A stretch of DNA of 64,000 nt from Oligoflexales bacterium (GTDB taxonomy: Bacteria > Bdellovibrionota_B > Oligoflexia > Oligoflexales > JAPPIL01). The notes below the pieces were generated by a model. That model worked only from the letters and a program-made list of their open reading frames with translations, did not search any database and was not told where the DNA came from. The stretch covers positions 480,001 through 544,000 of the forward strand of contig OZ244057.1 of assembly GCA_965215515.1 (NCBI GenBank), given 5' to 3'. Below, piece by piece: positions 30,195-39,825 of this stretch (position 1 is the first letter of the stretch; each line of letters starts with the position of its first letter). A program made the position numbers and the translations under genes.

Positions 30195-32848
30195 TGTGTA
30201 AAGAGGTGGTAAGTAGAATTTGCGTTATTTTTTTGTTGTTATTGTTGGACTCGCCTGCCAGCGCGCAGGGCGATAGCGTCGTCTACCATCGCGATGCGAC
30301 ACGCGGCAAGGCATTGATCGATACCTACCTCGGCGCTTTTGCCGCGGGCGATGAGACGCGGGTGTATTGGCAGCGGCAACAGATTATCACTTACATGTTT
30401 GCCGCTTATGACCAGCATGTTTACACTACAACACTGCATTATCTGCACGGTTTTGAGCACACGCATCCCGATGCTGTGCTGGCTTTGAGCGATAGTTTGC
30501 AAGCGTATTGGGATAGCAATTATTTGCAGAGTTATCTCGTCGGCAGTGCGGCTGAATACGGTAAGTTGAAATTTCTCGCGACGCTTGGCATGGTTGGGGG
30601 TGGACTGGGATTGGTAAAAAATCCGCTTGCCTCGTTTGCCGCCTTGAAAGGTTTGAATTTCTTATTGCCGTTAGCGGGGGGTGTGGGCGCTTATTATGCG
30701 GTGGAATTTTTTCGCCAGCCTCTGCCCGATGTGCCACCTGAACCACAGCAGGTGCTGAGGTTCGCCAGGGGGGCGCGTTATTTTTCTTACGCGCAGCAGC
30801 GCAATGACTATCTCTATCGCCTGTTCGGTGTCGGGGTTGGGTTGGGTGCGGGGGAGTTTATTTTCCAAGCTCTCGGCGGTAATTTTTTGCGTCTGACTAA
30901 GCCTTCCAAAGGAGGGCTTGTCGCCCCTCTCGACAAGGAGGTGCGCCCGCCTAACCCGCCTAAGAAGTCATCGCTATTTAGGCCGCAGGCTAGCCGTACC
31001 TACTTCGCTCGTGCCGCGGGGGCGATATTGGGTATCTATCTGTTGTCTGAAGGCACGCATCGCTTGTTGCGTACCGTGGAACTACGTCGGACGGAAGACG
31101 AGTTGCAACGGGCGCGCCAAGATTTCCACGCGGCGTGCCACCGTGGTGACTCTCGGGAGCTGTTGGCAACCGCTAAGCGACTTGCTGAGACGACGGTACA
31201 GTTGGTAACACTCTATGAGATGCCACAGTTGCGGGCGATGGTTGAGTTTGAGCAGAAGTTTTCACAGCAGGCAGGGCAGCTAAGCAAAGCTACCGATGAG
31301 GAACTGCGCAGCAGTTTGCAGGACATGACGCTGAAATTGTCCAAGTCTCTGCAAGCTAAACTGACGCGGGCGATGGTGCGCAAAAACTATCACTACAACC
31401 GCGTGCCGCTGTTGCATGCGTTGAGCAAGGCGAGCTATACGCAACTCAGCCAGCATAATCGCGACTCTCGTGTGACCGAGCTGTTACAGGAGTTTGAGCA
31501 AGAGCATGCTGAAGAACTGCTGCGCCACAGCTTGGAGGCACAAGGAAGTGAGGCGGATCTTGACGAAAGGTTTCGTGCGTGGGTGGAGTTATCGCTGCGC
31601 GATCGTTATGCGCTGGCACAGCAGACGTTGGGGCAGGGTAAATTACAGCGCAACATCGAGTTGTTGTTTCAGGTGGCCGCGTTGTTCAAAGCTAGTGCAG
31701 ATGAGTACGATGTTGTTTTTTTGCCACACTTTTATCGGCAGTTGTTGGCGAAGTTTCAGAACATGCTGTTGATGTATCGTAATTTTGCGGCGATCATCGA
31801 TCACAACGCGGTTTGGCAGATGAAATTTTCTGCCGCTGAGCTAAATGCAGTGGTCGATCTTTATCTCGATTATGTTCAGGCTGACCGTGTGGCGGCGGTG
31901 TCTGCGCCACGCCCACACCAAGGTCAGGGACGCGAGGTGTTAACTTCGACGCGTGGTTTTGCTCGCTTTCTGGCGGAGTACATAGCTGCTCTACCGACCA
32001 AGTCTTACAACGAACTGCTGTTGCGTGTGCTCACTATCTATCGTGAACAGCCTGCGCAGCGTGCTGCGTTGACTGTCCTGCTGGAGGACGTGGCAGAGAA
32101 AGCCGAGTTGCACGACAGTTATTACGACTCGGTGGTGCTTGCGACGCTGGAGGGCAGTTTTATCGGGGCGGGGTTGCTGATGGTGACGCGTATGGGGGCA
32201 AAGTTAATGCATCTGCTCGGTGCAGATGTCAGCAAACCGCGTTTTCGCTGGATTGCTGCATTGCTGGGGACAGGTGGGGCGATAGACACCGCAGAGGGTA
32301 TACGCCTTTCGACCAGACAGCATTGGACACAACTCGGCAAGGTGGCGTTGGTGGGTGCTGCGGCGGGTTATGCTTATTATTTTGCGCAAAAGCTACGCAC
32401 GCACAAACTGCCCCCCGAGGCTGTGTTGTTCGAGGTGCAGAAGGAGATTACACTCGACCTCGCCTATCGTGCCTGCGTTTTGGCGCACGAGGTCGACGAT
32501 AGGGTTAGGGATAAGGACGAGCTACAGACCTACAGTGCCGAGCAGATACAGCAGGAACGTGAGGCGTTATCGGCTTTGGCCGCGCGGGTGAAGAAGATCG
32601 GCCAGCAGGCTCAGCACCTGAGCGAGAGTGCTCCGAGCTTGCGTGGCAACCATCGGGTATCTTTACCGCACGCTTATCGGAACACTGACAATGGCCAGTG
32701 TTCCCCCCAGGTAGCGACTGAGGGGCAAACTGTCGTCAGTATTACACCGCTGGTACAGGACATTGCCCACATCGCTGAGCAACTACAAGCGTGGAAGCGG
32801 GCGATGGATGTTATTGAATATCGCCGTTTAACGCAACGAGGTAGCTGA
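30191..32848 (+). CDS. Large exported helical protein with Gly-rich hydrophobic hairpins
   Basis: Overlaps the previous stop (ATGA); signal peptide ..[17 protein letters not shown]; hydrophobic segments [60 protein letters not shown]. Confidence 0.8.
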   Translation: MMCKEVVSRICVIFLLLLLDSPASAQGDSVVYHRDATRGKALIDTYLGAFAAGDETRVYWQRQQIITYMFAAYDQHVYTTTLHYLHGFEHTHPDAVLALSDSLQAYWDSNYLQSYLVGSAAEYGKLKFLATLGMVGGGLGLVKNPLASFAALKGLNFLLPLAGGVGAYYAVEFFRQPLPDVPPEPQQVLRFARGARYFSYAQQRNDYLYRLFGVGVGLGAGEFIFQALGGNFLRLTKPSKGGLVAPLDKEVRPPNPPKKSSLFRPQASRTYFARAAGAILGIYLLSEGTHRLLRTVELRRTEDELQRARQDFHAACHRGDSRELLATAKRLAETTVQLVTLYEMPQLRAMVEFEQKFSQQAGQLSKATDEELRSSLQDMTLKLSKSLQAKLTRAMVRKNYHYNRVPLLHALSKASYTQLSQHNRDSRVTELLQEFEQEHAEELLRHSLEAQGSEADLDERFRAWVELSLRDRYALAQQTLGQGKLQRNIELLFQVAALFKASADEYDVVFLPHFYRQLLAKFQNMLLMYRNFAAIIDHNAVWQMKFSAAELNAVVDLYLDYVQADRVAAVSAPRPHQGQGREVLTSTRGFARFLAEYIAALPTKSYNELLLRVLTIYREQPAQRAALTVLLEDVAEKAELHDSYYDSVVLATLEGSFIGAGLLMVTRMGAKLMHLLGADVSKPRFRWIAALLGTGGAIDTAEGIRLSTRQHWTQLGKVALVGAAAGYAYYFAQKLRTHKLPPEAVLFEVQKEITLDLAYRACVLAHEVDDRVRDKDELQTYSAEQIQQEREALSALAARVKKIGQQAQHLSESAPSLRGNHRVSLPHAYRNTDNGQCSPQVATEGQTVVSITPLVQDIAHIAEQLQAWKRAMDVIEYRRLTQRGS

Positions 32849-32964
32849 GAATACGATGTTGGTGATTACCATAAAAATAGTTGTTGACAGCATATGTCGG
32901 TGGTGATAGCGACCATGGATCGGTGTTGTGTGACATTTAATCTATGATTTTTATAGGAGTGGTG

Positions 32965-34884
32965 ATGAGGTTTTTAGCGGTCGTGTTGGGATGCGCACTG
33001 TGGCATGGCGATGTGGTGCGCGCCAAGGGGCGGGGAGCGACGGGTTTAGCTCGGCGTGTTATCGGCATCGACTTGGGTACAACCAATTCGGCCATGGCCT
33101 GGGTGGACAAGAATGGTGCGCTGACTATCATTCGCAACCTTGAAGGTAGTAACATAACACCGAGTGTGGTTGACCTCGCTGAGGGAGGGGGTGTCGGTGA
33201 GTCTGCGTTAGAGTCGTTGGGGTTCTCGCCAGGGAGCGTAATTTTCTCGGTCAAGCGCCTTATGGGGCTTAGCTACGCTGAGTTGCAGGAGAGCAACCTC
33301 GCTGGAAACCTTCCCTACCAGGTCGCAGCGGGTGAAGGTGGAGTGGCCATCATAGAGGTTGACGGCCAGCAGTATTTGCCGCAGGAGGTTGCGGCGCGGG
33401 TCTTAGCGAAGCTCAAAGCAGATGCCGAAAGCGTGCTCGGCGAGGATATAAGTGAGGTGGTGATTACCGTCCCAGCTCGTTTTGATAATCGCCAAAAGCT
33501 TGCCACCAAGGAGGCGGGCGAGATCGCAGGCTTGCGTGTGCTCAGGCTGGTGGCCGAACCGACCGCCGCTGCTCTGGCGCACGGTCTCGGCAAGGGCGGG
33601 GAGAACCTTGTCGTTGTCTTCGATTTGGGAGGCGGCACGTTTGATGTCTCCGTTCTCGACATGGGGTATGCGGGTGAGGGAGAGGAGATGAGCGAAGTAC
33701 TCACCACCGAAGGTAACCCATTGCTGGGTGGCGATGACTTCGACAACAGGATTGTGCAACATCTGCTCGCTAAGTTGGAAAATAAACACGGGGTGGATGC
33801 AGTAGCCGAGTTGCGCAGTGACCAAGAGGCGATGGCTGAGTTAAAAATGGCGGCAGTCAAGGCAAAAGAGGCACTTACGGGCGGCAGAAGAGCGAATATC
33901 AGGATTAGAAATTTGGGGGAACAGTCGCTTACTGTCAGCGAGACTCTTACCCGTGTGGAGTTCGAAGGATTAATCGGTGATCTCGTTGCACAGACTATTG
34001 CCATGACCGAGAAGGCCTTGGCTAATGTCGAGATGGTTGCCGCGGATATCGACAAGGTGCTGATGGTCGGTGGTTCGACTCGTGTGCCCGCGGTCAGCGA
34101 GGCGGTGGAAGCACTGTTTGGCGTTGACAAGATAATCCGTGAGGACAATCCCGATGAAGTTGTGGCACTGGGTGCTGCGGCACTAGGGGGCGTGTTGGAG
34201 GGAAGTATCGAGGGTGTAACGCTGCTTGACACCACTTCCATGGATCTTGGTATCGGAGTGTTGGGAGGTAGATTCGAGGCAATCGTTGCGAAGGATACCA
34301 CCATCCCCACCGAAGCCCAGAAAACCTTTACTACCGCGAAAAATAACCAAACGTCGGTGACAATCCCTGTCTATCAGGGCGATGCCGAGCTGGTTGAGCA
34401 CAACGAGAAGATCGGTGAGTTTACTCTTGAGGGTATTCCACCTGCACCGCGTGGGATTCCGCAATTAGATGTGATCTTTGAAATAGATGCCAACAGTCTG
34501 CTTAAGGTCACCGCTAGGGATAAGGGCACAGGGAAGGAGAAGGAGATTACCGTAGCCGCCAATGCTATCGGTGAGGAGAGGATCGCGCAGATGCGCAAGA
34601 ATCTGGAAGAAAACAGCGAGAGGATCGAGGCTAAATTGAAATTGCTGGACGCCAGGGACAAGCTCAACAGCCTTTTGGCGCAGGCGGAAGGGGTGTTGAA
34701 TCAGGGAGGCACCGCAGCCAAATTACCGTTAGAGGCGAAGAACTCTTTAGAGCAGGCTATCGCCGCGGCCGAAAGCGCTGTCAACAGTAAGGATGTCGCG
34801 GCTATCGAGAAAGTCATCGCGGGTTTTGAGGCGCAGATCCACGCCGTGACTACTGAGCTCTACAGCCAGGGGGAACAGGGGTAG
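32965..34884 (+). CDS. dnaK: Hsp70/DnaK paralogue with N-terminal signal-peptide-like extension
   Basis: GIDLGTTNS, TPSVV, VITVPA, EPTAAAL, DLGGGTFDVS, LGGDDFD, VGGSTRVP, NPDEVVALGAA, PPAPRGIPQ; AGGAG RBS before ATG 32965; TTGACA at 32884. Confidence 0.92.
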   Translation: MRFLAVVLGCALWHGDVVRAKGRGATGLARRVIGIDLGTTNSAMAWVDKNGALTIIRNLEGSNITPSVVDLAEGGGVGESALESLGFSPGSVIFSVKRLMGLSYAELQESNLAGNLPYQVAAGEGGVAIIEVDGQQYLPQEVAARVLAKLKADAESVLGEDISEVVITVPARFDNRQKLATKEAGEIAGLRVLRLVAEPTAAALAHGLGKGGENLVVVFDLGGGTFDVSVLDMGYAGEGEEMSEVLTTEGNPLLGGDDFDNRIVQHLLAKLENKHGVDAVAELRSDQEAMAELKMAAVKAKEALTGGRRANIRIRNLGEQSLTVSETLTRVEFEGLIGDLVAQTIAMTEKALANVEMVAADIDKVLMVGGSTRVPAVSEAVEALFGVDKIIREDNPDEVVALGAAALGGVLEGSIEGVTLLDTTSMDLGIGVLGGRFEAIVAKDTTIPTEAQKTFTTAKNNQTSVTIPVYQGDAELVEHNEKIGEFTLEGIPPAPRGIPQLDVIFEIDANSLLKVTARDKGTGKEKEITVAANAIGEERIAQMRKNLEENSERIEAKLKLLDARDKLNSLLAQAEGVLNQGGTAAKLPLEAKNSLEQAIAAAESAVNSKDVAAIEKVIAGFEAQIHAVTTELYSQGEQG

Positions 34885-34905
34885 TGCCTATGTCGTCTCC
34901 CCTTC

Positions 34906-35568
34906 TCACGGGTGGGGGCGGTAGCGGTCGGGATGATAATCGATCAAGGCGGTATCGGGGTGAGCGAGATCGCTGCTGTCGCCGAAAGCATGCACGGTAA
35001 GCAAACCCTCCCGCACGGCTACTTCTTCGGCACGCGGCTCTGCCTTCATGTAAGCCAGACAACCGAACAGACGCATGCCCGCACAGCTCGGCAGATTGAT
35101 ATGCGGTGACGAAGCCTGCCAACGCGTATAACTGCGCAGATATTTGCCCAGAAAATACTTAACGTCACCCACCGTCAACGTTGTCTTGGTCTCGACGATG
35201 ACTATGTCCCGCTCCCCTGAAACGATGATGTCGATCTGTCCGTCTTCAGGCTTGCCGTCCTCATCCTGACAACGCACGCCGACATTGGGTAAGGCATCGT
35301 CGACGTGGAGATCGTGATGGCGGTTGAGGGTGGTAACGATGCCCGACTCGATGACAAACTCGGCTAGCTTGCCCCACATGTCGTACAACTTGCCCGTTTC
35401 TACCGCTACCACGCGGCGGTGCTCCTCCCGATCTTTGACACGCTGGGCATCGTACTCCTTGCGCGCCGCGATACGCTCCCCGCGCTCCTTCTCCAAGGCA
35501 GCCTCAAAAAGCGCGGTGAACTGTGCCAGCTTTTTGTCGATGTACGAGGGCTCTTTGTCCGCGCTCAT
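34906..35568 (-). CDS. Coiled-coil plus PD-(D/E)xK nuclease-fold protein (DUF3782-like)
   Basis: Charged N-terminal helix, WGKLAE, GQIDIIV..IVIVETKTTL; GAGGA RBS. Confidence 0.75.
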   Translation of the reverse strand: MSADKEPSYIDKKLAQFTALFEAALEKERGERIAARKEYDAQRVKDREEHRRVVAVETGKLYDMWGKLAEFVIESGIVTTLNRHHDLHVDDALPNVGVRCQDEDGKPEDGQIDIIVSGERDIVIVETKTTLTVGDVKYFLGKYLRSYTRWQASSPHINLPSCAGMRLFGCLAYMKAEPRAEEVAVREGLLTVHAFGDSSDLAHPDTALIDYHPDRYRPHP

Positions 35569-35709
35569 CAGCGGGTGTCCTCGCTAATGATAAACATCAC
35601 CCCAGTCATTATACCAGCTCCGCGCCGACCAGCAAGTTTTTCTGCCCCCTACTCAGAGACATCTACATCGTTGCGAAAAGCTGGCAGGTGTATTATTTTC
35701 TCAGGTGGT

Positions 35710-36537
35710 ATGGGTTTCGTTGTTTTCGTTTTTCAATTTCTGCCGCGGCGGCTCATCTCCGCACTGATGGGCGTGTTGTTTCGCTTCCGTTGGCCGTCTC
35801 CTTTGCGTGGGGTGGTCTACGGGTTGTTTGTGCGCCTCACTCGTATCGATATGCGCGAGGCCGAGCGGGAACTCAACGTTTATCAAAGCATCGAGGAGAT
35901 TTTTTCTCGTCGTCTTGCACAGGGAGTGCGTCCTATTGCAGGCGAGATCTGTGCCCCCGTCGATGGTTTTTTGCACTGCTCGCAAGCACCGACAGGTATC
36001 CTCGGCTTTCAGGCCAAAGGCTACTACTATTCCTTACGGGAGTTGATTTATGGTGAGAGCGAGATTGAGTTTGATTTCGAGCCAGCTTGGTATATGACCT
36101 TCTACCTTGCCCCGCACAACTATCATCGGGTGCATTGTCCGCTGGCAGGGGAACTGCATGCCTTGCGTTGGATTCGCGGCGATAAGTGGCCTGTGCAGCA
36201 TGGTTTCCGCAATGCGGTGACACGTCTCTACGTGCGCAACGAACGCAAAGTATTTCGCCTGCGGCATACCGTCAGTGGGGGACAGATGTTCGTGGTAATG
36301 GTAGCGGCACTGGGAGTGGGCAACATGGTCGTTACCGCAGCCGAAACTCAGGAAAACAAGGCGGTGACTAAGTTCGATCCCGCCGTGCAACTCGCCGCAG
36401 GAGACGAGCTGGGCTACTTTACCTTGGGATCGACGGTACTTTTGATCTGCGATCAAGTGCTGGCCGACACTTACAGTTTTGTCGCGACAACACGAGATAT
36501 GCCTGTTACAATGGGGACTTCTCTTCTGAAAAAATAG
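35710..36537 (+). CDS. psd: Phosphatidylserine decarboxylase proenzyme
   Basis: FSRRL..RPI, APVDG, QAKG, YLAPHNYHRVH, RNER, GYFTLGSTV autocleavage motif. Confidence 0.92.
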   Translation: MGFVVFVFQFLPRRLISALMGVLFRFRWPSPLRGVVYGLFVRLTRIDMREAERELNVYQSIEEIFSRRLAQGVRPIAGEICAPVDGFLHCSQAPTGILGFQAKGYYYSLRELIYGESEIEFDFEPAWYMTFYLAPHNYHRVHCPLAGELHALRWIRGDKWPVQHGFRNAVTRLYVRNERKVFRLRHTVSGGQMFVVMVAALGVGNMVVTAAETQENKAVTKFDPAVQLAAGDELGYFTLGSTVLLICDQVLADTYSFVATTRDMPVTMGTSLLKK

Positions 36538-36550
36538 CCGCGTGTTAGGC

Positions 36551-37990
36551 ATGAGTGTGCAGAACAAAATTGATTTTCAGCCGCGTGATGTGCGAACGAG
36601 GATTATCTGGTCGTTTGCTCACGACATCGTCGATGAACAGCTTGCTGCAGTAGTCGCGGCGGCGCACTGCGATGCTCTGCGGCTGGTTTATTTTCAAGGC
36701 GCGCAGCACCACGGGGTGCGGTTTTTGCAAGCACTGACACGTATCCAAGGTGAGCAGCGCGTGCCTATCATGATCGACATAGCTTTGAAAATCAGAGCAA
36801 CGATCGCGGAGCTGCGCAAACCGCGCCAGCTTAAGGTGGGAGAGCGGGTCAACATCGTGCCGCGTCGCCGCGGCAAGCGCGGTGATCTCGTCATCACAAC
36901 TGACGAATGGGATGGCCTCTTCGTGCCCGAAGCGACCATCTATATCGGCACAGGCGACATCATGCTGAAATGCTTGCAGGTGGGGAGGGATGTTGTCACG
37001 GCAGAGGTGATACAGGGAGAAACAATCTACCCCCATGCTCCCCTCAAAGTGCCACGCACCGACAAAGAACTGCGAGCAAAGGATCTGACGCTGGCCGAGA
37101 TCGAGCAGTTTCTCGCTCTCGCTATCGACTTTATCGTCATCCCTGGTATCACGCTGCGAGAGGAAGTGCAAAAGTTTCGTGCTTTCCTGCACCGCAAGAG
37201 CAGTACACCGCCGTGGATGATTTTGAAAGTTGACACTTACAAGCTTTACCAAGAACTGCCACGTCTGATTGCGGAAGTCGATGGGGTGCTGATTTCACGG
37301 CGCGAGATCGCTCTGACCACCAACCCTGCCACTGTGCCTATGCTAGCTAAAGAAATTACTCAGCTATGTAGTGATCACTCCAAGCTGGTCATTACCGCCA
37401 GCGAAATTCTCGGCTCGATGCGCTACAGCCCAGTTCCAACACGTGCGGAGGTATCTGACATCGCCAATACAGTTATCGATGGCACGGATGTTATTGTGAT
37501 GCCCGAAGACCTGTGCACGAGCCGCTACTTTGAACGCTCGTTACGTCTTGTTTACGATGTCGTGGCCGATGTTGAAGCTAGCACCGTTGCCCCCAACTGG
37601 GACAAGCAAGCGCCGATAATTCGCAATGAATACGATGCCCTGGCCACCTCCGCGCTGCGCATGGCACAGCGTGTCAAGGCCAAAGCCCTGGTGTGTCTAG
37701 TGCGCAGTGGCAAGACGGTGTTGCGTCTGTCCCGTTTCGGCACCCCTATGCCTATCATCGCGGTAGCCTTCGACCGCGCGATTCTCAATCGCTTGCGCCT
37801 TGTCAGCGGTGTGCGCGGTATTTTGCTCGACAGCATCCCGTCTCTCGATGAGGTTCTGAACGTGGTCGGCGAGCAACTCAAAAAAGACAGTTTTCTGAAC
37901 AGCGGTGACCTAGTGATATTCATCACCATCTCACTGTCACCCATCGGTCACGCGGCAAGCAATCTCTTGACCGTACAGACAATTCGGTAA
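36551..37990 (+). CDS. Pyruvate kinase-like protein with divergent active-site motifs
   Basis: PTRAEVSDIANTVIDGTD and overall A/B/C domain layout match pyruvate kinase, but several motifs are altered (see findings). Confidence 0.8.
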   Translation: MSVQNKIDFQPRDVRTRIIWSFAHDIVDEQLAAVVAAAHCDALRLVYFQGAQHHGVRFLQALTRIQGEQRVPIMIDIALKIRATIAELRKPRQLKVGERVNIVPRRRGKRGDLVITTDEWDGLFVPEATIYIGTGDIMLKCLQVGRDVVTAEVIQGETIYPHAPLKVPRTDKELRAKDLTLAEIEQFLALAIDFIVIPGITLREEVQKFRAFLHRKSSTPPWMILKVDTYKLYQELPRLIAEVDGVLISRREIALTTNPATVPMLAKEITQLCSDHSKLVITASEILGSMRYSPVPTRAEVSDIANTVIDGTDVIVMPEDLCTSRYFERSLRLVYDVVADVEASTVAPNWDKQAPIIRNEYDALATSALRMAQRVKAKALVCLVRSGKTVLRLSRFGTPMPIIAVAFDRAILNRLRLVSGVRGILLDSIPSLDEVLNVVGEQLKKDSFLNSGDLVIFITISLSPIGHAASNLLTVQTIR

Positions 37991-37996
37991 CTAGCT

Positions 37997-39744
37997 ATGC
38001 AACAACAGTCACGTCTCTTTTGGTTTTTACGCACGTACTATTTTAGTCATCATCGCGTTCACTGCGTATTAACGACTATCATGGCATTGCTGCTCGGCGT
38101 TGTTTCGACGTTGTTCGCCGCCGCTCTCGGCCCTGCTATCTATGGTATGGTGTTCGCAGCGCCTGAGGCGAGTGTCGCGCTAGTTGCTTTGCTGGGCAAA
38201 AACTACGCCGCGGCGGCACAGGCCTTGTTCGGCATCACGACGATCAGTGCGACGCTACTAACCTGGTATCTGCCGTTATTTATTCTCGCTTGTGCCGCGC
38301 TGCGCACGGGTTTAATGGTCGGGCATGTCTTCATGTGGGAACGCTGTGGCGAGCGGGTAGGCAGGCGTTTGCGGGCGCAGTTAGTGCAGTTATTTCTGTC
38401 GCTCGATCCGCGGCAGCGCAGACAAAAAAAAAACTTCTCGCCGCAGAAAAAAACTTGGCCGCGACCATTGCCGTCGATGTGCGCATGGCACGTGATGTCA
38501 GTGCGGCGATTATCGGCGGCTTGACGCGTGAAGTAGCGCAACTGCTACTGATGTCGATGACGTTGGCACTGTTGTCGCCGCGTCTGTTCGCCATCTTTGT
38601 CGGTGGTATCGCCCCGCTGGTGCTGATATTGAAAAAACTCGGGCGTAAATTACAGCAACGTGCTACCTTGTCGTTAGACAACTACGCGACAATGACCGAA
38701 TGGCTGCAACAACGCTTGCTCGGTATTGAGACGATTAAACACTATCGCACGGAAGATCTAGAACAAGAAAAGTTTGCCCACTTAGCACGGGCACAGTTTA
38801 AAATTTTTCTGCGCACAGGCAAACTGCAAGCGATTATTCCGCAATTGACGGAAGTCTTGACCGTCACCGCGATGGCAGTAGCCCTATATTTTGCTTTGCA
38901 AGAATTACAGCACACCAGCACGGCGTTGGTGCTGGCTTTTTTCTCGACACTAGCACTGTTTGCCCAATCTTCCTCCCGCATCGGACGCTACTTCAATCAA
39001 ACCCGCGCGGGCAACGCCGCTATCGTGCGTATCTACACCTTAAAAACAGCATTAGAACAGAACACCAGCACCGCTCCACTACTAACAATTGTGCAAGGCT
39101 CACAGAAAGTACTCATCTGTGACAATATTACAGTGCACTTAGCACAACAGACAGTGCTACAAAATTTTTCATATCGTTTCGAAACAGGAGTGTTATACGG
39201 CCTACACGGTGTCGTCGGGGCTGGTAAATCGACTCTGCTACATGCCATTCTTGGTCTCCTGCCCTTGCAAGCGGGACGCATTTTTTTGCAACTGTCAGGA
39301 CCGCGGCAAAAAGGCAACGTCGCCCTGTGGTTGCCGCAAAAATTACCGCTGTGTGCAGGTGATGTTGCCAGCAATGTCTGTTACCCGTACCCTGAGCCAC
39401 ACGCGGCACGACTAACGCAAGCTTTGCTCTATGCTTGTGTACCGCGGGAGAAATGGGCTACGGTCATCGGTTTCGAACAGACCCAGCTTTCCGGCGGACA
39501 GGAGCAACGTCTCGGGATGGCACGACTTTTCTACCACAACGCCCCGCTCGTGCTGATCGACGAAGGGACATCGGCACTCGACCGACATACTGAACAGCAG
39601 GTGTTGCAGAACCTCAAAACCCTTACCCGACGAGGGATAATCGTCATCATGGCCGCCCATCGTCGTGCTGCACTGGCTAAATGCGATCGGGTGGTGGAAC
39701 TACCCCCCCCCTACTCCCCCCCCCCCCCCGATACAGACACCTAG
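37997..39744 (+). CDS. ABC exporter (fused TMD+NBD, MsbA-like size) split by a -1 frame break at an A10 run
   Basis: ORFs 37997-38524 and 38290-39744 join at 38424-38433; GVVGAGKST, LSGGQEQR, LIDEGTSALD, AAHR; joined length about 582 aa. Confidence 0.8.
39703..39729. repeat. C9-TACT-C14 homopolymer tract
   Basis: Read directly; encodes the poly-Pro tail of the ABC exporter. Confidence 0.9.
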
Positions 39745-39769
39745 AAAAAACAAAAAATTAAAAAAAAAC

Positions 39770-39797
39770 TAAAGTTAGCAGCGGGTCAAGCCGACAG
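39770..39797 (+). promoter_or_regulatory. Possible sigma28 (FliA)-type promoter
   Basis: TAAAGTTA-N12-GCCGACAG upstream of the 39826 gene. Confidence 0.45.
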
Positions 39798-39825
39798 CTG
39801 GTCGTCGGGGTGGCTGGTTTAGCAC

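Noticed and set aside
32849..32964. CIRCE or heat-shock element before dnaK
   Set aside because: No TTAGCACTC-N9-GAGTGCTAA inverted repeat; only a TTGACA box
33315..34310. 331-aa antisense ORF inside dnaK
   Set aside because: Long antisense frames are a common codon-usage shadow of hsp70 genes; Ser/Ala-rich with no motifs
35419..35709. N-terminal extension of psd
   Set aside because: Overlaps the divergent nuclease-fold gene; the psd-like sequence begins near ATG 35710
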